The notes under the pieces are model-generated. The model was not told the origin of the DNA and made no database searches. It saw only the letters and a list, made by a program, of their open reading frames with translations. A DNA stretch of 64,000 bases from Spirochaetia bacterium. GTDB lineage: Bacteria; Spirochaetota; Spirochaetia; SP-2023. Of the stretch, positions 49,686 to 59,210 are shown piece by piece. A program made the position numbers and the translations under genes. The DNA is taken from the NCBI GenBank assembly GCA_965263295.1, contig OZ253665.1:256001-320000 (forward strand). Direction: 5' to 3'. Within the stretch, counting starts at the first letter, position 1; the number at the start of each line of letters is the position of its first letter.

Positions 49686-50597
49686 TCACCAGCCGCGGCG
49701 CGCGAGGCGCGCCTCTTCGCTCAGCTCGTCCATGCCAATGCCCGTCATCGCTTCGCCCAGGTCGTAAGACAATTCGGCCAGCTTCTTCGGCTCCCGATAA
49801 AAGGTTACGGCCTCGACGATGGCCTTGGCCCGCTCCGCCGGATTGCCAGACTTGAATATGCCCGAACCGACAAACACCGATTCGGCCCCCAGGCTCATCA
49901 TTAGGGCGGCATCCGCCGGCGTGGCTATGCCACCTGCCGAAAAGTTTGGCACGGGCAGGCGGCCCAGTTCCCGCACTTCCAGCAGTAATTCGTAGGACAC
50001 TCCCCAATCCTTTGCCATGCTAGCCAGCTCGTCGCGGCGGGCAGAATGCACGCGGCGAATTTCGGCCTGCAGGGTGCGCATGTGGCGCACAGCCTCAAGC
50101 ACATCGCCGGTACCGGCCTCGCCCTTGGTGCGGATCATGGCCGCACCCTCGCCAATGCGGCGCAAGGCTTCGCCCAAGTCGCGGCAGCCACAGACGAAAG
50201 GCACCTTGAAATCATGTTTGTCAATATGGTAGACATCGTCGGCCGGAGTCAGGACTTCACTCTCGTCGATAAAGTCCAGTTCCAGCGCTTCAAGTATCTG
50301 GGCCTCGACAAAGTGGCCGATGCGGCACTTGGCCATTACGGGAATGGAAACAGTGTTTTGAATCTCCTGGATTAATTTAGGATCCGACATGCGCGCGACG
50401 CCACCTTCAGCTCTTATGTCAGCGGGCACGCGCTCTAGCGCCATTACCGCGACCGCTCCCGCTTCTTCGGCAATGCGGGCATGCTCGGCGGTGACTACGT
50501 CCATGATCACACCACCTTTGAGCATCTCGGCAAGGCCGACATTGTGCTTCCAGTTGCCACTGGCCCGGCGTTGCTGTAGTCCGTTTGCTTCACTCAT
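49686..50597 (-). CDS. pdxS: Pyridoxal 5'-phosphate synthase lyase subunit
   Basis: [47 protein letters not shown]. Confidence 0.97.
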   Translation of the reverse strand: MSEANGLQQRRASGNWKHNVGLAEMLKGGVIMDVVTAEHARIAEEAGAVAVMALERVPADIRAEGGVARMSDPKLIQEIQNTVSIPVMAKCRIGHFVEAQILEALELDFIDESEVLTPADDVYHIDKHDFKVPFVCGCRDLGEALRRIGEGAAMIRTKGEAGTGDVLEAVRHMRTLQAEIRRVHSARRDELASMAKDWGVSYELLLEVRELGRLPVPNFSAGGIATPADAALMMSLGAESVFVGSGIFKSGNPAERAKAIVEAVTFYREPKKLAELSYDLGEAMTGIGMDELSEEARLARRGW

Positions 50598-50799
50598 GCT
50601 AGTTACTCCTTTATTAATTAGGACTAAAGTTACAGTCTATTGTTTTTAAGCGCTTACGGCTACTGTTCGGAGACTTTCAGTCCACAGTCTGCCTTCCCAC
50701 TGGCATGGGTAAAAAGTATGGGTAAAAAGTATGGGCCGCAATTGTCCTCGCACTGCCGGCGCAGCACAAAGGCTCTGGAGCAAGTGCAGCTGCGAGAGC

Positions 50800-51741
50800 T
50801 CAATCTGAAATCATGTCCCAATCGGCTTGGCGCACTTCGCCAGTTTGATAAAACTGGCGAAGTAACTTGATGTAGCTTAAAAAATCCGTGTTTTCCTCAG
50901 TCAGTCTATTGGCCGTGTCCCAGTCGATTTCGCCGCGCTCCTGCGCGGGAATCATAATCTGGCTTTCTGAGATATCTTCCGCATCAAGCCGTATAAAGCC
51001 AATTCCATGCCGGCTTGCGAGCATGCGCAGCTCTTTGAGAGTCTCCGCTCCTTCAATCTCGCCGGCGACAAGATAGCCCCAATTAGCCCATGAGGAATTA
51101 CTTACGGCCTGAAAGAAGGCTTCACGCACATTGGAGCGGTTGACCAGAATTTTAACTTCAAAAGACCACAACTTTGTCTTTTTCTTCATGTATTGCTGCA
51201 CACAGTCCTTAATCTCGCGCTGCCAGTCACAGCTGAGATCTTCCATGCCAACCAGATCGGGATGCAGCCATTTATTGGCACCGGCTCCATGCGAGTTACG
51301 GGAGCGCTTTTCATCAATGTGCTTGCTGTAAACCTCAAGTTCAGACCACAAGAAACTCGAGAGCATGCGATACATGTCACGCTCTCTGGCGATCGCGCCA
51401 TTGGCAAGTAAAGCGGCTGCGTTGCCTTCTGCCCGGTCGATTTCTGCACTGTCGCTCGATTCAGTAAAATAATACTTGCGAGGTCGACTTTCTGTGGTTT
51501 TGATTTCAGGATCTTGTTTTTGCATGCGGGGACGCTGCGAGCTAATCTCAGCGGCAAGTTGCTGCACAAGCGCCGTGTCATTGTCGAGCGGGATTACCTT
51601 TGCATTAGAGCGCTGTTGCTTTTGGCGACACTCCACGGGATACGTCGCAAATATCCACTTGGCGATTTCCCGTGCCGTAAACTTACGCTGCGGATTTTGC
51701 CGCAAAAATTCGACAACGATGTTAGCCAAATTTAGTCCCAT
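50800..51741 (-). CDS. HrgA/COG2958-family protein (N-terminal HTH plus restriction-endonuclease-like domain)
   Basis: NKWLHPDLVG...WSFEVK...FFQAVSNSSWANWGYLV signature; GGAG RBS. Confidence 0.85.
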   Translation of the reverse strand: MGLNLANIVVEFLRQNPQRKFTAREIAKWIFATYPVECRQKQQRSNAKVIPLDNDTALVQQLAAEISSQRPRMQKQDPEIKTTESRPRKYYFTESSDSAEIDRAEGNAAALLANGAIARERDMYRMLSSFLWSELEVYSKHIDEKRSRNSHGAGANKWLHPDLVGMEDLSCDWQREIKDCVQQYMKKKTKLWSFEVKILVNRSNVREAFFQAVSNSSWANWGYLVAGEIEGAETLKELRMLASRHGIGFIRLDAEDISESQIMIPAQERGEIDWDTANRLTEENTDFLSYIKLLRQFYQTGEVRQADWDMISD

Positions 51742-51756
51742 GCTTCAATCTCCCTA

Positions 51757-52471
51757 GATACCGTAGTTACGAGATGCTAGTCCACAGTGAAATACACCGT
51801 ATTTGTACGGCGGCCTGGCATGATTCCTTATTTTTGACATAGCGGGTCGCTATTCCTCGCAAGCGCTTGCTCGATGATCTCGTTGCTATCGTAACCTTTA
51901 TCAGCCAACAAATACTCCGCCGTCAATCCCTCTATCAAGGTTCTGGCTTGAGTGCAATCTGCCGTTGTACCTTTTGTAACAACAACCCTGACCGGCAAAC
52001 CATGCGAATCCACGGCCAGATGCAATTTTGTGTTGAGCCCCCTTTTGTACGATTCATGTCTTGATTGCCCCCTACGGCACCCGCCGCATGAGGATGCACC
52101 TTGCAATGACTGGCGTCAATCATCAGCCATTTGTAGTCCGGCTCATCGATCAATATTTCCATCAATTTTTCCCATATTCCTTTGTCACGCCATCGAATAA
52201 AGCGACGATGCGTGTTACTCCAGCCGCCATAGTCAGGCGGTAAATCTCGCCACGGCGCACCCGTGCGCATGATCCAGAAAACGGCATTGATAAACAGGCG
52301 ATTATCTCGTGCTACACCACCCCAATCCCCTGAACGACCAGGCAAATGCGGTTCCAATAGCGCCCAAACTCTATCTGAAATATCATGCCGGCGATGTGCT
52401 GCCATTGAATTTGCTCCTATAACTGAGAAAAGGCAATTGTACCATTTAAAATATTTCGTGACTACACCATC
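51757..52471 (-). mobile_element. Second, defective copy of the IS5-family element (715 bp; 122-bp internal deletion, degenerate IRs)
   Basis: Near-identical to 22711-23547; ends GATACCGTAGTTACGA and TCGTGACTACACCATC in CTAG contexts; ORF B truncated at ALARNSDPLCQK. Confidence 0.92.
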
Positions 52472-52597
52472 TAGCGATATTTCCACCAATTGGTGCGGCA
52501 GCCGGCTGTATTCTAGTACCATGCGGCAACGGATGGCGTAGGGGCAGCGGCGAAATGAATACAGAATATAGGGATGGGGGGCTTGTGCCGTACTCAT
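52472..52597 (-). pseudogene. Glutathione S-transferase N-terminal fragment truncated by the IS
   Basis: MSTAQAPHPYILYSFRRCPYAIRCRMVL...LVEISL, a GST-N pattern; ATGA overlap with the upstream gene; the remainder is absent. Confidence 0.8.
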
Positions 52598-54075
52598 AAA
52601 AGTCCCGTTAGACGGTAAAGTGGAAGTTCCAGAGCCAACAGCAGAACCGTCAGTTGTAGGAATAGGCCCAGGGCCAGCAGGCGGTAACGAGGGTGGCCTG
52701 GGAGATCTTTAGCTGACATCCTTCGCGATTTTTCATTTTTTCCTGAATCGGCATTCTGTTTTTGCTTTCCCCTGATTTTGGGTGTGCCTGGGACGCTTGG
52801 TGTGCTTGGGGCCGGAATGTTCGCCTGGATTTTACTTTTCTGTGTGGCGGCGAATAATTCGCCGCTGATCTGGCAAAGTATGGCGTCCAGAGAGGCGAAT
52901 GGGCGGCTGGCGCGAAACTCTAGCGGGCAATTCAGGAAGGCTTCGTAGTAGTAAAAGACCAATTGTACGATATGCCCCAAACGGCCGGGCAGGCTTAACT
53001 CGCGACTGACAGCGAAGCGGGAAATCTGGATTAGGTTGAGCAGAAAAAAAGCCTTGCCGATGCCGCGTTGCAGGGCCCCTTGGGTCAGCTTAAAATGCAG
53101 GCCCGCAGGCGAGGGAAATGCGAATGCTCCGACGGACAACGGCGGGATATGCAGTTCCCAAAGCAGGCGCCCGGAGGGCAGGAGCAGGTTGAAAAATACC
53201 AGTGTGGCCAGCAGGATTAAAATGGAGCGCCACCAGGGGCGGTAGCCTAGGCTGCGATTCAGACCAAGAAAGATGAGGAATTCGGCCCCTAGATACATGG
53301 GCTCAAGCTTATGGATGGCGAACATTAGGCCCATGCTGAGCAGCCCAAAGCCAAAGCGCAGCCGGGCCGAGCCATTGCCGTGAGTCAAGGCTTGGGAATA
53401 TTTGAGGTTTGTTCCCGTCTGCATTGTTGACTCGCTATCGCAACTTTTGTCTTTTGGGCCCAGAACCGGGCCAACGGCCGAGCCAAGAGCCAGGTATGGG
53501 GCTTGGAATACGGGCAGCAGAGATTTAAACCAAAGAGAGACGTGGTGGAACTGGAGAGCAAAGAGCCCCAATAGGACGCCGCTGCCCAGGCCAAAGCTGA
53601 GACTCCAGGGGATCAACAAGCTGCCGGTACCGGGGAAAAAGTAGTTGAGCGCCAGCAATAGTTGCATACCGTTGCTCGCTGCCGCACCCATTACGCTAAT
53701 GCCCAAAAAAGAAATATGGCGCCGCGATACGTGCGCCAGCAGCCACATGGCGCAGCCGCTGGCGCAACTCGACGCCGCTGAAAATACAGCAATATATGAA
53801 AGAATATTACCTGAAATTAAGTTTTGGCAAAAGACTTTAAGAAAAATAAGGAGTAGCATTTCGCGCAAACGCAGCTCGCGTACAAACAGTAGAATCGGCA
53901 GGTTGGCAATGCCCAGTTTTAAAAACGGCATGGGCTTGGGGATGAGCATCTCAACCGTGGCCAAAAATAGTGACAAACCGGCCAGCTGCAGCAAGCAGTC
54001 GAATCGATGCTGCATTTGCGCACTGTCCGTAGCCGAAAGACCATCTTCAACGGGGTGTGCCGAGACGGACATCAT
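52594..54075 (-). CDS. Gx transporter family (heptaprenyl-PP synthase component I-like, ECF S-like) with additional C-terminal membrane domain
   Basis: EMLIPKPMPFLKLGIANL...SFLGISVMGAAASNGMQL; second membrane region FFNLLLPSGRLL...LTQGALQRG. Confidence 0.78.
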   Translation of the reverse strand: MMSVSAHPVEDGLSATDSAQMQHRFDCLLQLAGLSLFLATVEMLIPKPMPFLKLGIANLPILLFVRELRLREMLLLIFLKVFCQNLISGNILSYIAVFSAASSCASGCAMWLLAHVSRRHISFLGISVMGAAASNGMQLLLALNYFFPGTGSLLIPWSLSFGLGSGVLLGLFALQFHHVSLWFKSLLPVFQAPYLALGSAVGPVLGPKDKSCDSESTMQTGTNLKYSQALTHGNGSARLRFGFGLLSMGLMFAIHKLEPMYLGAEFLIFLGLNRSLGYRPWWRSILILLATLVFFNLLLPSGRLLWELHIPPLSVGAFAFPSPAGLHFKLTQGALQRGIGKAFFLLNLIQISRFAVSRELSLPGRLGHIVQLVFYYYEAFLNCPLEFRASRPFASLDAILCQISGELFAATQKSKIQANIPAPSTPSVPGTPKIRGKQKQNADSGKNEKSRRMSAKDLPGHPRYRLLALGLFLQLTVLLLALELPLYRLTGLL

Positions 54076-54078
54076 GAC

Positions 54079-54552
54079 TCAGAAAACCTCAGCATCCCAA
54101 TGGAAAGGCGCGGTGTCGCTTTCGTCAGAATCTGTATGGGCGGCCAAGACTCGGATGAAGACCTGATTGGGGAGGCAGGCAATCCATTGCCCGGCGCTGT
54201 CTATGGCGCCGCGCTGGACGCAGTATTTTAGGAAACAGCTGGCTTCCTGTACCCAGACTTTGTCGTCTTGGATCTTGACCGACATGACTGGTCGGCCGGC
54301 TCGATTTTTTAGGACCAGATTTCTGTCTTGATCCAAAGGGTAGATAGAACGCTGTTCCCTTTGTTTGATTTCAACCAAGAGCCGACTACCTTCGCTACTT
54401 CGACTCAGCTGCCAGGCGTAAATGGCCAGGCCGCCAAGTAAGATTAATATGAGGCTATCGCCCCAGCGCAGCTGGGAAAAAATATGGCTGTGCCAAGGGC
54501 GGAAACGCGCGGCCGCGTGAAATCTTTGGGAAAATATTGGGATACGAGGCAT
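54079..54552 (-). CDS. NusG domain II-containing (DUF1312-like) membrane-anchored protein
   Basis: GDSLILIL TM; VWVQEASC..KYCVQRGAI...GQWIACLPNQV. Confidence 0.85.
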   Translation of the reverse strand: MPRIPIFSQRFHAAARFRPWHSHIFSQLRWGDSLILILLGGLAIYAWQLSRSSEGSRLLVEIKQREQRSIYPLDQDRNLVLKNRAGRPVMSVKIQDDKVWVQEASCFLKYCVQRGAIDSAGQWIACLPNQVFIRVLAAHTDSDESDTAPFHWDAEVF

Positions 54553-54573
54553 AAAAGGGCTGTCGCCCGGCGC

Positions 54574-55434
54574 TCAAACGTCTGTTTCAATGGAAAGCGC
54601 AGCAATCAGGGTGGGGGAGCTCATATTCTGGCGCCAATCGGTCCAGTTTGTAGGGGACAGGTTGGAGGTTTGACTCCACTGGCCGCGTTCAATAATTTGC
54701 ACAACAGTCCGCCGAGAGCCTTCTACTAAGGCAAACTTGCCGGCACCTAAGTAGGCCACCGACTGGCCTTTTTGCAGTTGTAAACCTTCGCTCATGGCTT
54801 CCAGTACGCATTTGAAGTGGGCCGAACTGGAACTACGGGCTTGTTCTGCGAGCTGTGCCATGTCTTTTGGTCCGTCCGGCTTGTCGGCAAGCTTGAGGGC
54901 AAACTCGCCGGGAACTACTTCCACGGCTTCTCGCAAGTCCACACCGCGAATGGTCTGGCCACAGATGGCGCAGATTAGATGTTCAGGTTTTTCGGGTAGC
55001 TCAATTTTATTGTACTCTGGGCGGTAATTACGACGCTGCAATAATTTCGCTCTGCGTATGGGAGAGCCAAAGATATTATAAGTTTTGTTTTCACTTGTGT
55101 TACTGTCTTGCCGCGCGGGACGACGGTTGCGAATGGATGAATTGTTCTTGCTGGAGTTTTTACTGTGCTTTGTTTTTTTTCCTGGACTTTGTGCAACGGA
55201 AGAAGCTACAGGCTTGGTAATGCGATTTTCGTTTCGTCTTTCGTTTCGTCCTTGGCCGCGGTGATCTGTGCTCAATTGCAATGGAGCATTCCTGGTCGGG
55301 CGCATATTTTCTGCCGTTTTGCCTGTCAGGTTTGGTTGGGGCGCCCTGCTGCCCATATCTTTAGGCTGGCGTTGCGGTCTGGCGGCACGCCCGCGTGAAT
55401 TTCGAGGCCGTTTATTTTGAGATCTATTAGCCAT
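54574..55434 (-). CDS. Hypothetical protein: basic disordered N-terminus plus CxxC...HxxC putative Zn domain
   Basis: CAICGQTI, AHFKCV, VAYLGAGKF. Confidence 0.6.
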   Translation of the reverse strand: MANRSQNKRPRNSRGRAARPQRQPKDMGSRAPQPNLTGKTAENMRPTRNAPLQLSTDHRGQGRNERRNENRITKPVASSVAQSPGKKTKHSKNSSKNNSSIRNRRPARQDSNTSENKTYNIFGSPIRRAKLLQRRNYRPEYNKIELPEKPEHLICAICGQTIRGVDLREAVEVVPGEFALKLADKPDGPKDMAQLAEQARSSSSAHFKCVLEAMSEGLQLQKGQSVAYLGAGKFALVEGSRRTVVQIIERGQWSQTSNLSPTNWTDWRQNMSSPTLIAALSIETDV

Positions 55435-55815
55435 TTTTTTTCGCTTTTTTCCGCTTTGTCTGTGACTTTCAGGGATCGCTAGTTGGGCACGAGTCTGTTC
55501 ATGGAGTGTTCATGAGGCTATTTTAGAAGCCTGCCCGCTTCGGGCTGTCTCGTGGCAAGCCTTGTATTTCGTCAAGTATGTATTTGTGAAGTATGCCCAA
55601 AAGATTTCAAAGATACAAGGCCCTGCCGACAAAATTGCGGGAGCAAATGTCTTGTGGCAAAGACTGGCTGCATTGTCGTAGATTCGCTATAATTTCATAA
55701 TATTTTTCCATAAATATTCCTTCATGGAAATTTTTGATATCAAAACCTTAACTTTTTTGCAAGTAAATAACAAGCAAAGCGTGAGACATTCAGTTTAAAA
55801 GGGGGGCGGGGTACA

Positions 55816-56907
55816 ATGGTTGAAGCGCAGGCAACGACAAACCACACTACCGCAAGCTCGGAGGGAAATGGGGCTTTTGCGGCTACGTGGCAAGATTTTG
55901 ACTTGAATTGTCAATATGCCGGTTTGGCCTTGCGTACACCGATTATAGTAGCTGCCAGTCCTTTGACGGACAGCCCGGCCAAAATTGTGCGACTGGTGGA
56001 GGCCGGTGCGGGCGCGGTGGTCTTGCGCTCGTTGTTTGAAGAGGATGCCATGCAGGTGGCCGTGGACTCCTTGGGTGATCAAAGCGTGGATAAACACACC
56101 GAAGCCTATGAATACATTCGCGAAATGGGTAAGTTGGTCGAACCTGATCAGTACATGGACATCCTGGCAGAGGCCCGGCGCCAGACAGACGTTCCGATTA
56201 TTGCCAGCCTCAATGGCATGGATCTGCGCTGGTGGCAAGACTATGCCTTCGGTTTGGAGCGGGCCGGAGCTTCGGCGATTGAACTGAATTTGGGTATGCT
56301 CCAGCTGGATCCAAACTGGAGTGCGCAAGATGAGCGCAAGGCGGAACAAAAATTCTTGAGTACTTTGGCTGAGAGTGCGGCGGAACTGGGCATTCCGTTG
56401 ACTTTAAAAGTTTCGCCACACATGGCAAATTCATTGCCGCAGTTGTGCCGTATGGCGCAGTCGGGGGTGCGGGGAATGGTGTATTTTAACCGTTACTTTT
56501 TGCCTGACATCAACTTGAAGACTTTAGCCTTCCAGCCGGGGCCCAGAATTTCCCATCCCGTCGAATTCCATGTGCCGCTGCGCTATTTGGCGCTACATGC
56601 GCCGTTGTTACAACATGCGGCCGAGAAAAGTGGCCAATCTTGCGATTTGGTACTTTCAACGGGTGTGCACAGCGGGGAACAGCTGCTGAAGGCTTTACTC
56701 GCCGGGGCCGCGGCCGTACAGGTCTGCAGTGTTTTAATGCAGAATGGACCCGCCTACATTGGCGAGATGCTGAATGAGTTGACACAGTGGCTGCGGCGTG
56801 AGCAAATCCCTTCGCTGAAAAGGCTCCGCGCCCAGCAGTGTTTAAAGGACGACCCGCACTTTTTGCAGCAGTTCCAGCGATTGCAATATGTGAAAACCTT
56901 GCGTTAG
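55816..56907 (+). CDS. Dihydroorotate dehydrogenase-like flavoprotein (TIM barrel)
   Basis: YAGLALRTPIIVAASPL, GAVVLRSLFEE, PIIASLN, AIELN, FNRY, TGVHSG...LLAGAAAVQV. Confidence 0.82.
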   Translation: MVEAQATTNHTTASSEGNGAFAATWQDFDLNCQYAGLALRTPIIVAASPLTDSPAKIVRLVEAGAGAVVLRSLFEEDAMQVAVDSLGDQSVDKHTEAYEYIREMGKLVEPDQYMDILAEARRQTDVPIIASLNGMDLRWWQDYAFGLERAGASAIELNLGMLQLDPNWSAQDERKAEQKFLSTLAESAAELGIPLTLKVSPHMANSLPQLCRMAQSGVRGMVYFNRYFLPDINLKTLAFQPGPRISHPVEFHVPLRYLALHAPLLQHAAEKSGQSCDLVLSTGVHSGEQLLKALLAGAAAVQVCSVLMQNGPAYIGEMLNELTQWLRREQIPSLKRLRAQQCLKDDPHFLQQFQRLQYVKTLR

Positions 56908-56937
56908 GTTAAATCGGGATATTGAATTGAGGTTGTT

Positions 56938-57807
56938 TTGCTGGTACAGAAGGATACTTTACGTTGTGACTTCCATTGTCACTCTTTTTATTCGGATGGG
57001 GCACGGGCGCCCGCCGACGTAGCGGCGGCGATGAAGGCCAATGGCGTTCAAGTTTTTGCTTTGACGGATCACGATACCGTCCGCGGAGTGGCCGAGGCGC
57101 AGACGGCTGCCGCAGAGCTGGGTATCCGCTGCCTGGGCGGCATTGAGCTGACAATACAGTGGGAAAACGGCACTTTTCACCTTTTGGGGCTGGGCCTGCA
57201 GGACTTGTCCGTTTTGGGGCAAGCGTTGGATGAAATCCAGGAGCGCCGCAGAGAACGCAATGAAATGATTTTAAAAAAATTGCGCAAGCAGGGCTTGAAT
57301 ATTGATGGAAAAAACTTGCGCTCACACTGTGGCAAGAATGAACAGGATGTTCTGAACCGGAGCCATATTGCCGCCTACTTGTTTGACTTGGGTTACAGCC
57401 CGTCGGTTCAGGAGGCCTTTCAGCGCTATCTCTCTGTGGGGGCGCCCGCGTATGTGCCGATTGACGGGCCCCTGCCCGAAGAGGGGATTGAATGGATCCA
57501 CAACGCCGGCGGTCATGCCTTGATCGCCCATCCCCACTCCTTGCATTTAAGTTGGCGCCGTTTGGGTGGCTATGTCGCTCACTGGCGCCGGGCGGGGCTG
57601 GACGGGCTGGAGGTCAGTCATCCGCGCACGTCCTTGAAAGATAGCAAACGCTTGTCCCGACTAGTGGAGAACTTTGATATGCAGTACTGTGGCGGCTCGG
57701 ACTACCATTGCGGTGAAACCGAAAATGTATTGGGCCTGGGAACTGGCGGGCGACCGATTGAGCTGCCCGTCAACCTGGCTTTTTTGCAAGGAATTGCCAA
57801 ATGCTAG
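56938..57807 (+). CDS. PHP-domain metal-dependent phosphoesterase (TrpH/YciV-like)
   Basis: DFHCHSFYSDG, ALTDHDT, GIEL, HLLG, IAHP, GGSDYH. Confidence 0.9.
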   Translation: MLVQKDTLRCDFHCHSFYSDGARAPADVAAAMKANGVQVFALTDHDTVRGVAEAQTAAAELGIRCLGGIELTIQWENGTFHLLGLGLQDLSVLGQALDEIQERRRERNEMILKKLRKQGLNIDGKNLRSHCGKNEQDVLNRSHIAAYLFDLGYSPSVQEAFQRYLSVGAPAYVPIDGPLPEEGIEWIHNAGGHALIAHPHSLHLSWRRLGGYVAHWRRAGLDGLEVSHPRTSLKDSKRLSRLVENFDMQYCGGSDYHCGETENVLGLGTGGRPIELPVNLAFLQGIAKC

Positions 57808-57845
57808 CACGCTTGCCCGATTAGAAACGGAAACTTCTGTTTGCC

Positions 57846-59156
57846 ATGAATTCGTTTTGCCTGTCGTCTGGGCTTCTGCGCCTCGGTCTGTCGCGACGGC
57901 TCTGGCTTGTGCTTTTGTTCCATGCCTTGGGATTGTTTGCCTCTGTCCGTTGGGCTAATTTGAGGGACATGCTGTATGCCCAGAATCTGGCCGAGGCGCA
58001 GACAGCTTACGGCAAGGCGGACAGAACGGGCGCATCTCAAGGTCTGGCCATTAATCGCGAGGTTACTGGGCAAGCAAGGGGCCAAGAGGAGGCCCAAGTC
58101 GAGGGCCAAGTCGAGGGCCAAGTGGATGGCCAAGTCGAGGCGCAAGAGGGGGCTCAAACTGGGGGCCCAGGGAACCGGCCTTTTACCGAGGCCGTCGCTT
58201 CTGCGACAATCAATACGGCGAAGCCGCAAGAAGCCGGTTCCTCTATGCCTTGGCCTTGGCGTGATTATCCTAGGATTCCTGACCTCAGTCGGCCCACGGG
58301 TATTTTCCGGCAATTTCTGTTTGAGGTGCAAGAAAATAAAAAATACTGGGCTCAGGGTCAGCCATTGCTGCCCATTTCTCTGTATGTCTACCGCATTAAG
58401 GCGCGGGACAACATTTTTAGTATCAGTGCCAAAACCAGCGTGTCGGTGGAAAGCATTGCCACCTTGAACCGGATTGAGCATCCGAATGGTTTGCCAAGTA
58501 AACAGAATTATATTTTGTTACCCAATAATTCAGGTATTTTTTTACCTCAGGATCAAAGCACAGACGGCGAAGAACGGGAACCCTATCAGAGCCTTTCTGT
58601 GTGGGAACAACAGTTGCGCGGCAACCGCGCAGATATTTTGTACCACCGTCTGGTTGTCGGTTCGCGGGTCTACTTCTACTACCCCCGCAGCCAGTTCAAC
58701 CTTGAAGAGCGCCGATATTTTCTGGACAATGTTTTTCGTTCTCCCGTGCAGCGGCAGTTTTACATTACTTCGCCCTTTGGCATGCGGCGTGATCCGATTA
58801 CGGGTAGACCCTCATTTCATGATGGCATAGACATACGTTCGGCCTATGGCGCGCCAATTTACAGCATCGCGAACGGTATTGTGTTGGAATATGGCGAGAG
58901 CCGGCTTTACGGTTTGTATGTCAAAATCAGGCTGGAACATGGCATGAATCACGACATGGCCCATGACAAGTCGCAAGTGGCTTTGTATGGACACCTGAGT
59001 GCCGTTCTGGTGCATACAGGGCAGCGCGTCAATGCCGGCGAGGTCATCGGCAATTCGGGGCAAAGCGGGCGCATTACAGGGCCGCACCTGCATTTGACGA
59101 TTTTTGAAAATGGCAAGGCCGTGAACCCGGCGCCGTTGTTTAAGGGTTTATATTGA
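57846..59156 (+). CDS. LysM/M23 family peptidoglycan metallopeptidase
   Basis: YRIKARDNIFSI...IATLN (LysM); HDGID, YGHL, GPHLHL. Confidence 0.9.
   Translation: MNSFCLSSGLLRLGLSRRLWLVLLFHALGLFASVRWANLRDMLYAQNLAEAQTAYGKADRTGASQGLAINREVTGQARGQEEAQVEGQVEGQVDGQVEAQEGAQTGGPGNRPFTEAVASATINTAKPQEAGSSMPWPWRDYPRIPDLSRPTGIFRQFLFEVQENKKYWAQGQPLLPISLYVYRIKARDNIFSISAKTSVSVESIATLNRIEHPNGLPSKQNYILLPNNSGIFLPQDQSTDGEEREPYQSLSVWEQQLRGNRADILYHRLVVGSRVYFYYPRSQFNLEERRYFLDNVFRSPVQRQFYITSPFGMRRDPITGRPSFHDGIDIRSAYGAPIYSIANGIVLEYGESRLYGLYVKIRLEHGMNHDMAHDKSQVALYGHLSAVLVHTGQRVNAGEVIGNSGQSGRITGPHLHLTIFENGKAVNPAPLFKGLY
58078..58161. repeat. In-frame 12-bp tandem repeat (about 7 degenerate units, QVEG)
   Basis: aggcccaagtcg agggccaagtcg agggccaagtgg atggccaagtcg aggcgcaagagg. 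Confidence 0.8.
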
Positions 59157-59210
59157 GTATCTAGTTTTTCTTGTTTTTTTGGGGGCTTTTTAGATACTTT
59201 CGGCTTTGGC

